A stretch of DNA of 64,000 nt from Thiobacillus denitrificans (GCA_020723405.1 DYIY01000009.1:110427-174426); one strand, 5' to 3'; shown: positions 32,578 to 41,630, counted from the stretch's first letter. Program-made: numbers and translations. Notes: generated from the sequence alone by a model not told the origin.

Positions 32578-33063
32578 ATGCACGCCTGCCCCGCCGGGGC
32601 AGGCGTGGGGGAGAATGAAGTGAAGACATACAAGAGCGGAAAACAGCGTCGCGCTGAAATCAAGGCCGCACGGCTGAGCAAGCAGCATCGCGCATCCCAC
32701 CGGGTTGATGGCTTCAGGGTCCGACCCGAGGGAACCGAGCCGGTGAACCCGGCACGACTGCGCCCCAACAACAGCTACGGCGTACCCGACTTCGTCTGGC
32801 GCGGGTACTACAAGGACATGGCGTTCCGTTGCGTGGATTGTGGCGTCGAGCAGGTCTGGACCGCCCAGCGCCAGCGCTGGTGGTATGAAGTGGCCCAGGG
32901 AGACGTATACAGCACGGCTCGCCGTTGCGCCCCCTGCAGGCTCAAGGAGCGCCAGCGGAAGGAGGATGCACGCCGTGCCTGGAGGGAAGGCCTGGAAAGA
33001 AAGGCGGCGCGGCAGTTACGACCAGGGTGGGCAGGAATGGCCCCCAAGAACTTGGATAGGTGA
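32578..33063 (+). CDS. Zinc-ribbon (2x CxxC) basic protein
   Basis: FRCVDCGVEQVW...ARRCAPCRLKERQRK, Arg/Lys-rich. Alternative GTG start at 32620 lies just after the hairpin and RBS. The stop is 4 nt before rtcB2. Confidence 0.5.
   Translation: MHACPAGAGVGENEVKTYKSGKQRRAEIKAARLSKQHRASHRVDGFRVRPEGTEPVNPARLRPNNSYGVPDFVWRGYYKDMAFRCVDCGVEQVWTAQRQRWWYEVAQGDVYSTARRCAPCRLKERQRKEDARRAWREGLERKAARQLRPGWAGMAPKNLDR
32581..32607 (+). other. Perfect 12-bp GC-rich hairpin (CACGCCTGCCCC-GCC-GGGGCAGGCGTG) between the SPFH and zinc-ribbon genes
   Basis: Directly observed. There is no U-tract, so it is not a canonical terminator. It abuts a GGGGGAG RBS. Confidence 0.6.
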
Positions 33064-33067
33064 AAAG

Positions 33068-34285
33068 ATGGAACATCAGATTCTCGAAGTCGAAAACGGC
33101 AAGCCCATCAAGCTGTGGACCCAAGGCGTCCCGGTGGAGGACGCTGCCCGCCAGCAACTGATCAACACCGCCCGCATGCCCTTCATCTTCCGCCACCTGG
33201 CGGTGATGCCCGACGTGCACCTGGGCAAGGGTTCCACCATCGGCAGCGTCATCCCCACCCAGGGGGCCATCATCCCCGCCGCCGTCGGCGTGGACATCGG
33301 CTGCGGCATGATGGCCGCCCGGACCACCCTGAGCGCCACGGATTTGCCGGACAACCTGCACGGCCTGCGTACAGCCATCGAAAAGGCCGTGCCCCACGGC
33401 CGCACGGTGGGCCGCGGCAAGCGTGATGCCGGAAGCTGGGAAAACCCGCCCGAGAAGGTGGACGACATGTGGGCCGCCCTGTTGCCCGGCTTCGAGCGCA
33501 TCGTGGCCAAGTACCCGCGCCTGAAGAACACCAACCAGTACAAGCACCTGGGTACCCTGGGCACCGGCAACCACTTCATCGAAGTCTGCCTGGACGAGGC
33601 CGACCGGGTCTGGTTCATGCTGCACACCGGTTCCCGCGGCGTGGGCAACGCCATCGGCAGCCTGTTCATCGAACTGGCCCAAGCCGACATGCGCGGCCAC
33701 CTGGCCAACCTGCCGGACAAGGATCTCGCCTATTTCGAGGAAGGCAGCCCCCACTTCGACGACTACGTGGAAGCCGTGGGCTGGGCCCAGGATTTTGCCC
33801 GCCGCAACCGGGCAGTGATGATGGACCACGTCATCGCCGCCGCCCGCAGCATCATCGACAAGCCCTTCAGCGCCGACGTGGAAGCGGTGAACTGTCACCA
33901 CAACTACGTCCAGCGGGAGACCCACTTCGGCGCCGAAGTACTGGTGACGCGCAAGGGCGCCGTGTCGGCGAAGAAGGGCGAACTGGGCATCATCCCCGGC
34001 TCCATGGGCGCCAGGAGCTACATCGTGCGCGGCCTGGGCAACGAGGAAGCGTTTTGCTCATGCAGCCACGGCGCCGGTCGCACCATGAGCCGCAACGAAG
34101 CCAAACGCCGCTTCACGGTGGAAGACCAGATCCGCGCCACGGAAGGCGTGGAATGCCGCAAGGACAAGGAAGTCATCGACGAGATCCCCATGGCCTACAA
34201 GGACATCGACGCGGTGATGCACGCCCAGCGGGAGCTGGTGGAAGTGGTGCATACCTTGCGGCAGGTGGTGTGTGTGAAAGGGTGA
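33068..34285 (+). CDS. rtcB: RNA-splicing ligase RtcB (E. coli-type paralog 2)
   Basis: 405 aa, near-collinear with E. coli RtcB. MEHQILEVENGKPIKLWTQGVPVEDAARQQLINTARMPFIFRHLAVMPDVHLGKGSTIGSVIPT... and ends ...YTLRQVVCVKG. Confidence 0.96.
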   Translation: MEHQILEVENGKPIKLWTQGVPVEDAARQQLINTARMPFIFRHLAVMPDVHLGKGSTIGSVIPTQGAIIPAAVGVDIGCGMMAARTTLSATDLPDNLHGLRTAIEKAVPHGRTVGRGKRDAGSWENPPEKVDDMWAALLPGFERIVAKYPRLKNTNQYKHLGTLGTGNHFIEVCLDEADRVWFMLHTGSRGVGNAIGSLFIELAQADMRGHLANLPDKDLAYFEEGSPHFDDYVEAVGWAQDFARRNRAVMMDHVIAAARSIIDKPFSADVEAVNCHHNYVQRETHFGAEVLVTRKGAVSAKKGELGIIPGSMGARSYIVRGLGNEEAFCSCSHGAGRTMSRNEAKRRFTVEDQIRATEGVECRKDKEVIDEIPMAYKDIDAVMHAQRELVEVVHTLRQVVCVKG

Positions 34286-34372
34286 GGGGGGATTGACGAC
34301 CGGGATCCAGGCATCCGCCGGTGCAGAGAACCGGTCGATCCATGCCCCACGTACGAATAGAAAGACAAGGAA

Positions 34373-35407
34373 ATGATTGAAATCGATGGCGCCGCCGGGG
34401 AAGGCGGCGGCCAGATTCTGCGCACCGCCCTGACCCTGGCCATGATCACCGGCCAGGCCATCCGTATGGTGGCTATCCGTGCCCGACGGCCCAAGCCCGG
34501 TTTGCTGCGACAACACCTGACTGCGGTGGAGGCGGCGACGGCCATTTGCCGTGCCCGGGTGGAGGGGGCCGCGGTGGGCAGCCAGACCCTGGAGTTTCAT
34601 CCGGGCCCAATCCGTGGTGGCGACTATCGCTTCGCCATCGGCACCGCGGGCAGTTGCACCCTGGTGTTGCAGACCGTGTTGCCCGCCCTGTGGTTTGCCG
34701 ACGGCCCCAGCACCTTTGCGGTGAGCGGCGGCACCCACAATCCGGCCGCCCCACCGGCCGACTTTCTGCGGCGGTCCTGGCTGCCCGTGGTGGCGGCCAT
34801 GGGCGTGGACATGGAACTGGAGCTGCTGCGCCATGGTTTCTACCCCGCTGGAGGGGGCGAGATGTTGGCCCGGGTGCGCCCCGCGTCCCCCCTGACGCCC
34901 TGGCAGGCGCCCGCCCGGGCGCCTGCCGGCAAACCCCGCGCCGTCGCCGTGGTGGCGGGCGTCCCGGTGGATGTGGCGCGGCGGGAACTGGCCCGGCTCC
35001 AGCAGCACCTGGGTGACATGGAAACCGAGGTCCGCGTCCTGTCTTCCCGGGAAGGCCCCGGCAACGCGCTGCTGGTGGAAATTCCCTTGTCCGCCCACGG
35101 CGAAGTGTTCACTGGCCTTGGCGAACGGGGCCTGCCCGCCGAGACCGTGGCCGACCGGCTGGCCCGTACGGTGCGGGGCTTCCTGGACAGCGACGCCAGC
35201 GTGGGCGAGCACCTGGCCGACCAGTTGCTCCTGCCCCTGGCTTTGGCGGGGGGCGTTGGTTTCACGGCACCGGTGTTGTCGTCCCACGCCCGCACCAATA
35301 TGGCGGTGATCCAGCGCTTTTTGCCTGTGGAATTTGCGGTGGAAGAAAGGGAGGGCGTTGTGAAGGTGGGCGTGGTGCGACACGCGTTAACCGTGGCGGG
35401 GCCGTAA
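34373..35407 (+). CDS. rtcA: RNA 3'-terminal phosphate cyclase RtcA
   Basis: 344 aa. MIEIDGAAGEGGGQILRTALTLAMITGQ...LLRQHLTAVEAATAIC...DYRFAIGTAGSCTLVLQTVLPALWFA matches RtcA including the active-site His region. Confidence 0.95.
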   Translation: MIEIDGAAGEGGGQILRTALTLAMITGQAIRMVAIRARRPKPGLLRQHLTAVEAATAICRARVEGAAVGSQTLEFHPGPIRGGDYRFAIGTAGSCTLVLQTVLPALWFADGPSTFAVSGGTHNPAAPPADFLRRSWLPVVAAMGVDMELELLRHGFYPAGGGEMLARVRPASPLTPWQAPARAPAGKPRAVAVVAGVPVDVARRELARLQQHLGDMETEVRVLSSREGPGNALLVEIPLSAHGEVFTGLGERGLPAETVADRLARTVRGFLDSDASVGEHLADQLLLPLALAGGVGFTAPVLSSHARTNMAVIQRFLPVEFAVEEREGVVKVGVVRHALTVAGP

Positions 35408-35716
35408 TGTTCCGGTTACCTGCTACCCAACTGAGAATTGCGTTGAAGGGTTGGTACCGACTCGAAAGAGACATAAACCGGCAAGAAGCCTGGACGGCAT
35501 GTTTCTGATTGGAGCCGCCGTTCAGAGCGGTGACTGAATGCGAACTTGTCGGCCGGAGCGGACGTTCGTGTTGGATGCGGTTACAGTGTGCAATGAACCA
35601 GTTGCTGACTCTCGCCACCCTGGAAGGCTACTCCCGTTGTCGGCAGTAAGCTGCCAACTACTTACAAATTTTCCGTAGTTGTACGGCCTACACCACCTGG
35701 CCTGTATATTCTCGGC

Positions 35717-37678
35717 ATGCCCCGCATTGCTTACTACGAAGCCAACATTCAGGATTTTTTGGTTGCTGATGAAGATGCAATTCTCGGCGCGTTGTCTATG
35801 CAACATGGCTTTGCCTTGGAACACCTGCAAAAGCATGCGTGGCAGGGCCAGATTCGGATTCTGCGCAGCATTCTTTCTCCCACCCAGTTGGGCTGGATCT
35901 ACTTCGAGTTTTCGATTCCCAGGATGGGCAAAAGGGCCGATGTTGTTTTACTGACAGGCGGCGTGGTGTTCGTCATTGAGTTCAAAGTCGGTTCGCACAG
36001 CTTTGATAGCTACGCGGTTGAACAGGCGCATGACTACGCGCTTGATCTCAAGAACTTTCACCGAGGCAGTCACAATCTCCCAATTGTTCCGATTCTGATT
36101 CCTACAGCAGCGCCGCTTCAGCCAGTACCGGCGATAAAATGGGCTGCCGACCAGGTCGCCGAACCGCTGTGCCTTTCTGCCGCAAACTTGCCTGAAGCGA
36201 TTGAGATGGCAGAAAAACAATGGTCGGCAGAACCTATTGATGCCATTGCCTGGTCGCAATCGGGCTATCAACCTACCCCCACCATCGTCGAAGCCGCTCT
36301 GGCTTTGTATCGACAGCACGATGTCAAAGAAATTACCCGATCAGAAGCAGGCGCAGACAACCTTGGTCTGACAGCAAGGCGCGTTGAGCAGATCATTGAG
36401 CATGCCAAGTCAAACAGCCGTAAAGCCATCTGCTTTATTACTGGCGTACCAGGCGCAGGAAAGACGCTAGCAGGCCTAAACATCGCGACATCGCGTGCCG
36501 AGAGACACTCTGACGAGCACGCGGTTTTCCTGTCCGGCAATGGGCCACTGGTCGATGTCCTCCGGGAGGCACTTGCTCGGGACAAGGCCGAGCGGGAGGA
36601 TATCCCGCGAACACGTGCGTACCGGGAAGTCTCAACCTTCGTGCAAAACATCCATCATTTCCGGGATGAGGCTCTCGAAAGCAGGAACCCACCGATCGAG
36701 AAGGTGGTGATATTCGATGAGGCCCAGCGGGCCTGGAACCGCGACATGGCGAGCAAGTTCATGCAGCAAAAGCGCGGGCATGCCACCTTCAATATGTCTG
36801 AGCCGGCTTTTCTCCTTGACGCGATGAACCGCCACAGAGACTGGTGTGTGGTGGTCTGTCTAATTGGCGGTGGCCAAGAGATCAATACGGGTGAGGCTGG
36901 CCTAGCCGAATGGATAACTGTGTTGCGCGACCAGCATCCAGACTGGGACGTTCATGTTTCAAGCCGTCTGGACGACCGTGATTACATCTGGGACAAAGAA
37001 CTGTCCATGGAGTTGTCGAAGGGTTCGGCACAATGGGATGAATCCCTGCACCTCGGGGTATCAATCAGGTCGTTCCGCGCGGAGGCCTTGTCTGAATTCG
37101 TTGGGCATGTGGTGGACAACAGGCCTGATCAGGCATGCGTGACCTACCAGGCGATAGCGGACAAGTACCCGATCATTCTGACGCGCAGTTTGGCGGAGGC
37201 CCGTTCTTGGCTGCAGGCCAAGTCTCGCGGCAGTGAGCGTTATGGCCTTACAGCCTCATCTGGAGCAAATCGTCTGCGACCAGATGGTATCTGGATCAAG
37301 TCAAAGATAGATGCCCCTGTATGGTTTTTGAATGATAAGACGGATGTCCGTTCGTCGTACTACCTCGAAGAAACTGCGAGTGAATTCGACATCCAGGGAC
37401 TTGAGCTTGACTGGGCCTGCGTTGGTTGGGATGCCGACTTTCGTCGCGGTGATGATGAGTGGCAATACTTCAGTTTTCGAGGCACAAAGTGGCAGCGAAT
37501 GAATTCGCCAGATCGCCAGCTTTATCTCAAGAACGCCTATCGGGTACTGCTGACCCGCGCTCGTCAAGGCATGGCGATCTTTGTTCCACCTGGCGACCCT
37601 TCCGATCCGACAAGAGCGCCGCAGGTCTATGACCGTATCTATGAGTATCTCCAGCTTTGTGGAATTTCCAGTAGTTGA
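35717..37678 (+). CDS. DUF2075-type protein: N-terminal PD-(D/E)xK-like nuclease plus SF1-helicase/Schlafen-like P-loop ATPase
   Basis: 653 aa. N-terminal GKRADVVLLTGGVVFVIEFK (D...ExK nuclease-like motif), central Walker A ITGVPGAGKT, Walker B-like VVIFDEAQ, and C-terminal RVLLTRARQGMAIFVP. GC content (about 50-52%) is clearly lower than the surroundings. Confidence 0.7.
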   Translation: MPRIAYYEANIQDFLVADEDAILGALSMQHGFALEHLQKHAWQGQIRILRSILSPTQLGWIYFEFSIPRMGKRADVVLLTGGVVFVIEFKVGSHSFDSYAVEQAHDYALDLKNFHRGSHNLPIVPILIPTAAPLQPVPAIKWAADQVAEPLCLSAANLPEAIEMAEKQWSAEPIDAIAWSQSGYQPTPTIVEAALALYRQHDVKEITRSEAGADNLGLTARRVEQIIEHAKSNSRKAICFITGVPGAGKTLAGLNIATSRAERHSDEHAVFLSGNGPLVDVLREALARDKAEREDIPRTRAYREVSTFVQNIHHFRDEALESRNPPIEKVVIFDEAQRAWNRDMASKFMQQKRGHATFNMSEPAFLLDAMNRHRDWCVVVCLIGGGQEINTGEAGLAEWITVLRDQHPDWDVHVSSRLDDRDYIWDKELSMELSKGSAQWDESLHLGVSIRSFRAEALSEFVGHVVDNRPDQACVTYQAIADKYPIILTRSLAEARSWLQAKSRGSERYGLTASSGANRLRPDGIWIKSKIDAPVWFLNDKTDVRSSYYLEETASEFDIQGLELDWACVGWDADFRRGDDEWQYFSFRGTKWQRMNSPDRQLYLKNAYRVLLTRARQGMAIFVPPGDPSDPTRAPQVYDRIYEYLQLCGISSS

Positions 37679-37896
37679 AAGCCTTTGAGGCCCCAGGGGA
37701 TCGTCCGCATTACATCGGTTGCTGACGCACATCGCCCTACCTTGTGGGGCAGCTACGAGGCGTTAGCGGTCATCCAGTCGGCCTGAACTGATCGGCCGCT
37801 CAGGCCGAGTAGTGTGAATTGACCTTCCGGCAGCTTCCGAAGTAAAGCGGCAGTTCAAGCGCCTGCCTTCCCGGAGCATCGAATGGCCGCAACTGA

Positions 37897-38076
37897 CCGA
37901 CTGCCGCAGTTCGATCTGGTGACCGAAAGCCGCCGGTGGACGATGTGCCGGTGAGGTGCCACGCAAACAGCCCGGTGGATTGGCCGTATTCCTCGTTTCA
38001 CCGTTTCGTCGCCGCCGGCATCCTGCCAGCGGATTGGGGCGCGGAAGGAAATACGGCGCGGGGTTTTGGCAAGTGA
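37897..38076 (+). pseudogene. Remnant of REP-associated tyrosine transposase (RAYT/IS200-like) C-terminus
   Basis: A 59-codon ORF fragment, bounded upstream by an in-frame TGA, encoding ...CHANSPVDWPYSSFHRFVAAGILPADWG, which resembles the conserved NPV...DWP(W/Y)SS tail of COG1943 transposases. A nested hairpin lies immediately downstream. Confidence 0.3.
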
Positions 38077-38079
38077 AGG

Positions 38080-38162
38080 CGTAGGTTGGGCTGAGGCACG
38101 AAGCCCAACAAGAGGGTGGCGCCGCCGGGCCGTTGGGCTTCCTGGCGTCAGCCCAACCTACG
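38080..38162. repeat. Nested imperfect hairpin (REP-like): outer 15-bp arms CGTAGGTTGGGCTGA/TCAGCCCAACCTACG, inner GAAGCCCAAC/GTTGGGCTTC
   Basis: Directly observed inverted repeats, upstream of the SDR gene and adjacent to the RAYT remnant. Confidence 0.6.
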
Positions 38163-38245
38163 GGGTTGACCATGGGCCGGCCGCGTGGCCGCCGCCATCC
38201 GCCGGGCGTTAACATGGGGCCACACGCATCCCTACGCAAACCCTC

Positions 38246-38935
38246 ATGACCGCCAAAACCATATTCCTCACCGGCGCCACCCGGGGCCTGGGCCGGGCCC
38301 TTACCGCCGAATTCGTCGCCCGGGGCCACAAGGTGGCGGGCTGCGGCCGCAATGCCGCCGCCATCGCCGAACTTCAGGCCGCCCATGGGCCCGGGCACGA
38401 TTTCGCCGTGCTGGACGTGGCCGATGACGCCGCCGTGGGCGCCTGGGCCCGGCGGGTGCTGGCGCGCTTCGGGCCGCCGGATCTGCTGCTCAACAATGCC
38501 GCCGTCATCAACCGCAACGCGCCGCTTTGGCAGGTGCCGGCGGCCGAGTTCGACGCCCTGGTGGACATCAACATCAAGGGGGTGGCCAACGTGATCCGCC
38601 ACGTCCTGCCCGCCATGGTGGCCCGCAGGAAGGGCGTGGTGGTGAATTTCAGCTCCGGCTGGGGCCGGGGCACCGACCCGGAAGTGGCCCCCTACTGCGC
38701 CAGCAAGTGGGCCATGGAGGGCCTGACCAAGGCCCTGGCCCAGGAGCTGCCCAAGGGCATGGCCGCCGTGCCCCTGTCGCCGGGCATCATCGACACGGAC
38801 ATGTTGCGTTCCTGCTTCGGTTGCGGCGCCCGGGATTACCCGGGCCCGGAGGAATGGGCCCGCACCGCCGCCCCCTACCTGCTGGACCTGGGGCCGGAAG
38901 ACAACGGCCGCTCCCTCACCGTGGGCGACCGTTGA
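38246..38935 (+). CDS. SDR-family oxidoreductase
   Basis: TGATRGLGRAL (TGxxxGxG), NNAA, and a catalytic YCASK (YxxxK) motif. Confidence 0.9.
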   Translation: MTAKTIFLTGATRGLGRALTAEFVARGHKVAGCGRNAAAIAELQAAHGPGHDFAVLDVADDAAVGAWARRVLARFGPPDLLLNNAAVINRNAPLWQVPAAEFDALVDINIKGVANVIRHVLPAMVARRKGVVVNFSSGWGRGTDPEVAPYCASKWAMEGLTKALAQELPKGMAAVPLSPGIIDTDMLRSCFGCGARDYPGPEEWARTAAPYLLDLGPEDNGRSLTVGDR

Positions 38936-38938
38936 TCC

Positions 38939-39490
38939 ATGCGCGTGCATCTGCTCCGCCATGGCGAGAGCGAGGCCAACGTGGGTGGCTTCATCAATGA
39001 CGATCCGGCCCGGCCGGTACACCTTACCGAGCGGGGCCGGGCCCAGGCCCGCGCGGCGGCGGAAGCCCTGGCGGGGACGGCCTTCGATCGGGTCTTCTGT
39101 TCCCGTTTTCCCCGCGCCCGGGAGACGGCGGAAGTCCTGATGGCGGGGTTGGGCCTGGACCTGCCCCTGCAGGTGGACGCCCGCCTGGACGAGCGGCGCT
39201 CGGGCCTGGACGGGCAACCGGTGGAGGCCTTCAACGGCCTGGTGCGGCCGGACCCGGTGCGCATCCGGCCGCCGGCCGGGGAGTCGTTCCTGGAGACCAT
39301 GGACCGCGTGAAGGGGTTTATGGACGAAGTGGTTGCTCACTTTCCAGAGGCCCGGGTGTTGCTGGTGAGCCATGAGAACCCCATCCAGGCGGTGTTGGCC
39401 TGGACCATGGCGCCGGAGCAGGCGGTGATTCTGCCGGTGGAGAATTGCGGGTGGCGGGTGGTGGAATGGCCGGGTGAATGTGGCCGATAG
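38939..39490 (+). CDS. Histidine phosphatase family protein (phosphoglycerate mutase-like)
   Basis: N-terminal LLRHGESEAN (RHG motif) and C-terminal ...LVSHENPIQ. Confidence 0.85.
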   Translation: MRVHLLRHGESEANVGGFINDDPARPVHLTERGRAQARAAAEALAGTAFDRVFCSRFPRARETAEVLMAGLGLDLPLQVDARLDERRSGLDGQPVEAFNGLVRPDPVRIRPPAGESFLETMDRVKGFMDEVVAHFPEARVLLVSHENPIQAVLAWTMAPEQAVILPVENCGWRVVEWPGECGR

Positions 39491-39520
39491 GGGGCGGGGG
39501 GCGGTAGGGAGGGGGCATCG

Positions 39521-39614
39521 AAATCCCCCCTAGCCCCCCTTTAAGAAAGGGGGGAACCCCCGGGCGTCATCTGGTGCTTTCCCCCCTTTCTTAAAGGGGG
39601 GTAGGGGGGGATTT
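39521..39614. repeat. REP/MITE-like element, locus A: two inverted copies of a 36-nt unit AAATCCCCCCTAGCCCCCCTTTAAGAAAGGGGGGAA
   Basis: Unit at 39521-39556 and its inverted copy at 39578-39614. Lies between convergent genes. Confidence 0.8.
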
Positions 39615-39656
39615 GCTACGGCCGGCATACCCACCCACCCCCAGCAAAGTCAGTAC

Positions 39657-39917
39657 TCACTCCCGTCGCATATGGCTCACCTTCAGCCCCAGCACCGTCC
39701 CCGCCAGCACCAGGGTGACGCCGTTGGCGAGGATCACCGGCCAGCTTTCCAGGAACAAGCCGTAGACCAGCCAGAGGGCCACCCCCAGGGTGAACAGGCT
39801 GTACATGCCCAAAGAGATGCCGGACAGGTCCCGGCTGGTCCAGGACTTGAGGGCCTGGGGGACGAAGGCGGCGGTGGTGAGGGCGGCGGCGGAGTAGCCG
39901 ATGAGGTCGGGGATCAT
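39657..39917 (-). CDS. SemiSWEET (PQ-loop) sugar transporter
   Basis: 86 aa with 3 TM segments and PQ motif FVPQALKSW. The ORF track extends it to 39983. Confidence 0.75.
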   Translation of the reverse strand: MIPDLIGYSAAALTTAAFVPQALKSWTSRDLSGISLGMYSLFTLGVALWLVYGLFLESWPVILANGVTLVLAGTVLGLKVSHMRRE

Positions 39918-39985
39918 GGGGGTATCGGTGATGGGGGTTAGGCGGGACAATTCGCGCCTTGAAGGATAAGCCCTGACGTCCACCC

Positions 39986-41602
39986 ATGTTGCGCATCACC
40001 GAAGTCAAACTCCCCCTGGACCACCCGGAAGCCGCCCTCAAGGCCGCCATCCTGGATCGCCTGGGCATCCCGGAACACGAGCTGATCCGCTACCAGATCC
40101 ACCGTCGCGGCTACGACGCCCGCAAGCGCAGCCAGATCAGCCTGGTCTATACCCTGGACGTGGAACTGACCCGGGAAGCTGCCGTGCTCAAGCGGCGCAA
40201 GGACGACAAGCACCTGGGCCCGACCCCGGACATGACCTACCGCTTCGTGGCCCGGGCGCCGGAAGGCATGAAGCACCGGCCGGTGGTGGTGGGGGCCGGT
40301 CCCTGCGGCCTGCTGGCCACCCTGATCCTGGCCCAGTCGGGCTTCCGACCCCTGCTCCTGGAACGGGGCAAGGCGGTGCGGGAACGCACCAAGGACACCT
40401 GGGGCCTGTGGCGCAAGGGGGTGCTGAACCCGGAATCCAACGTCCAGTTCGGCGAAGGCGGGGCGGGGACCTTCTCCGACGGCAAGCTCTACAGCCAGAT
40501 CAAGGATCCCCACCACCACGGCCGCAAGGTGCTGGAGGAGTTCGTGAAGGCCGGGGCGCCGGAGGAGATCCTCTATGTCAGCAAACCCCACATCGGCACC
40601 TTCAAGCTGGTGACCATGGTGGAGCACATGCGCGCCACCATCCAGGATCTGGGGGGTGAGATCCGCTTCGAGAGCCGGGTGACGGACCTGGACATCGCCG
40701 ACGGCCAGGTGCGGGGCCTGACCCTGGCCGACGGGGAGCGCATCGAAGCCGACCACGTGATCCTGGCCCTGGGCCACAGTGCCCGGGACACCTTCGCCAT
40801 GCTCCACGCCCGGGGCGTGCACATCGACCCCAAGCCCTTCTCCGTGGGCTTCCGCATCGAGCATCCCCAGTCCCTCATCGACCGCTGCCGCTTCGGCGAC
40901 ACCGCCGGCCATCCCCTGCTGGGGGCCGCCGATTACAAGCTGGTGCACCACGCCAGCACCGGCCGCACCGCCTACAGCTTCTGCATGTGCCCGGGGGGCA
41001 CGGTGGTGGCCGCCACCTCGGAGGAAGGCCGGGTGGTCACCAACGGCATGAGCCAGTATTCCCGCAACGAACGCAACGCCAACGCCGCCATCGTGGTGGA
41101 CGTGAATCCGGCGGATTTCCCCGGTGACGTGGCAGCCAACCCCCTGGCCGGCATGGAATTCCAGCGCCTGTGGGAATCCCGGGCCTTCGAAGCCGGCGGC
41201 GGCACCTATGCAGCCCCGGCCCAGAAGGTGGGGGACTTCCTGGCCGGCCGGCCCTCCACCGGCCCCGGGGCGGTGATTCCCTCCTACACCCCCGGGGTCC
41301 ACTGGACCGACCTGTCCGGCTGCCTGCCCGACTACGTCATCGCCACCATCCGCGAAGCCATCCCCGCCTTTGACCGGCAGATCCGCGGCTTCGCCATGGC
41401 GGATGCGGTGTTGACCGGGGTGGAGACCCGCACCTCGTCGCCCATCCGCATCACCCGGGGGGAGGATTTCCAGAGCCTCAACGTGCGGGGCCTGTATCCG
41501 GCCGGGGAGGGTGCGGGCTATGCCGGCGGCATCCTGTCGGCGGCGGTGGACGGGATCAAGGTGGCCGAGGCGGTGGCCTTGAGTGTGGCGGGTGGGGAAT
41601 AG
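39986..41602 (+). CDS. NAD(P)/FAD-dependent oxidoreductase (COG2509-type)
   Basis: 538 aa. Rossmann VVVGAGPCGLLATLILA; C-terminal FAD-dependent domain. Confidence 0.8.
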   Translation: MLRITEVKLPLDHPEAALKAAILDRLGIPEHELIRYQIHRRGYDARKRSQISLVYTLDVELTREAAVLKRRKDDKHLGPTPDMTYRFVARAPEGMKHRPVVVGAGPCGLLATLILAQSGFRPLLLERGKAVRERTKDTWGLWRKGVLNPESNVQFGEGGAGTFSDGKLYSQIKDPHHHGRKVLEEFVKAGAPEEILYVSKPHIGTFKLVTMVEHMRATIQDLGGEIRFESRVTDLDIADGQVRGLTLADGERIEADHVILALGHSARDTFAMLHARGVHIDPKPFSVGFRIEHPQSLIDRCRFGDTAGHPLLGAADYKLVHHASTGRTAYSFCMCPGGTVVAATSEEGRVVTNGMSQYSRNERNANAAIVVDVNPADFPGDVAANPLAGMEFQRLWESRAFEAGGGTYAAPAQKVGDFLAGRPSTGPGAVIPSYTPGVHWTDLSGCLPDYVIATIREAIPAFDRQIRGFAMADAVLTGVETRTSSPIRITRGEDFQSLNVRGLYPAGEGAGYAGGILSAAVDGIKVAEAVALSVAGGE

Positions 41603-41630
41603 GAAAGGTGGAGGGGTGGGCCGCCGGCTG

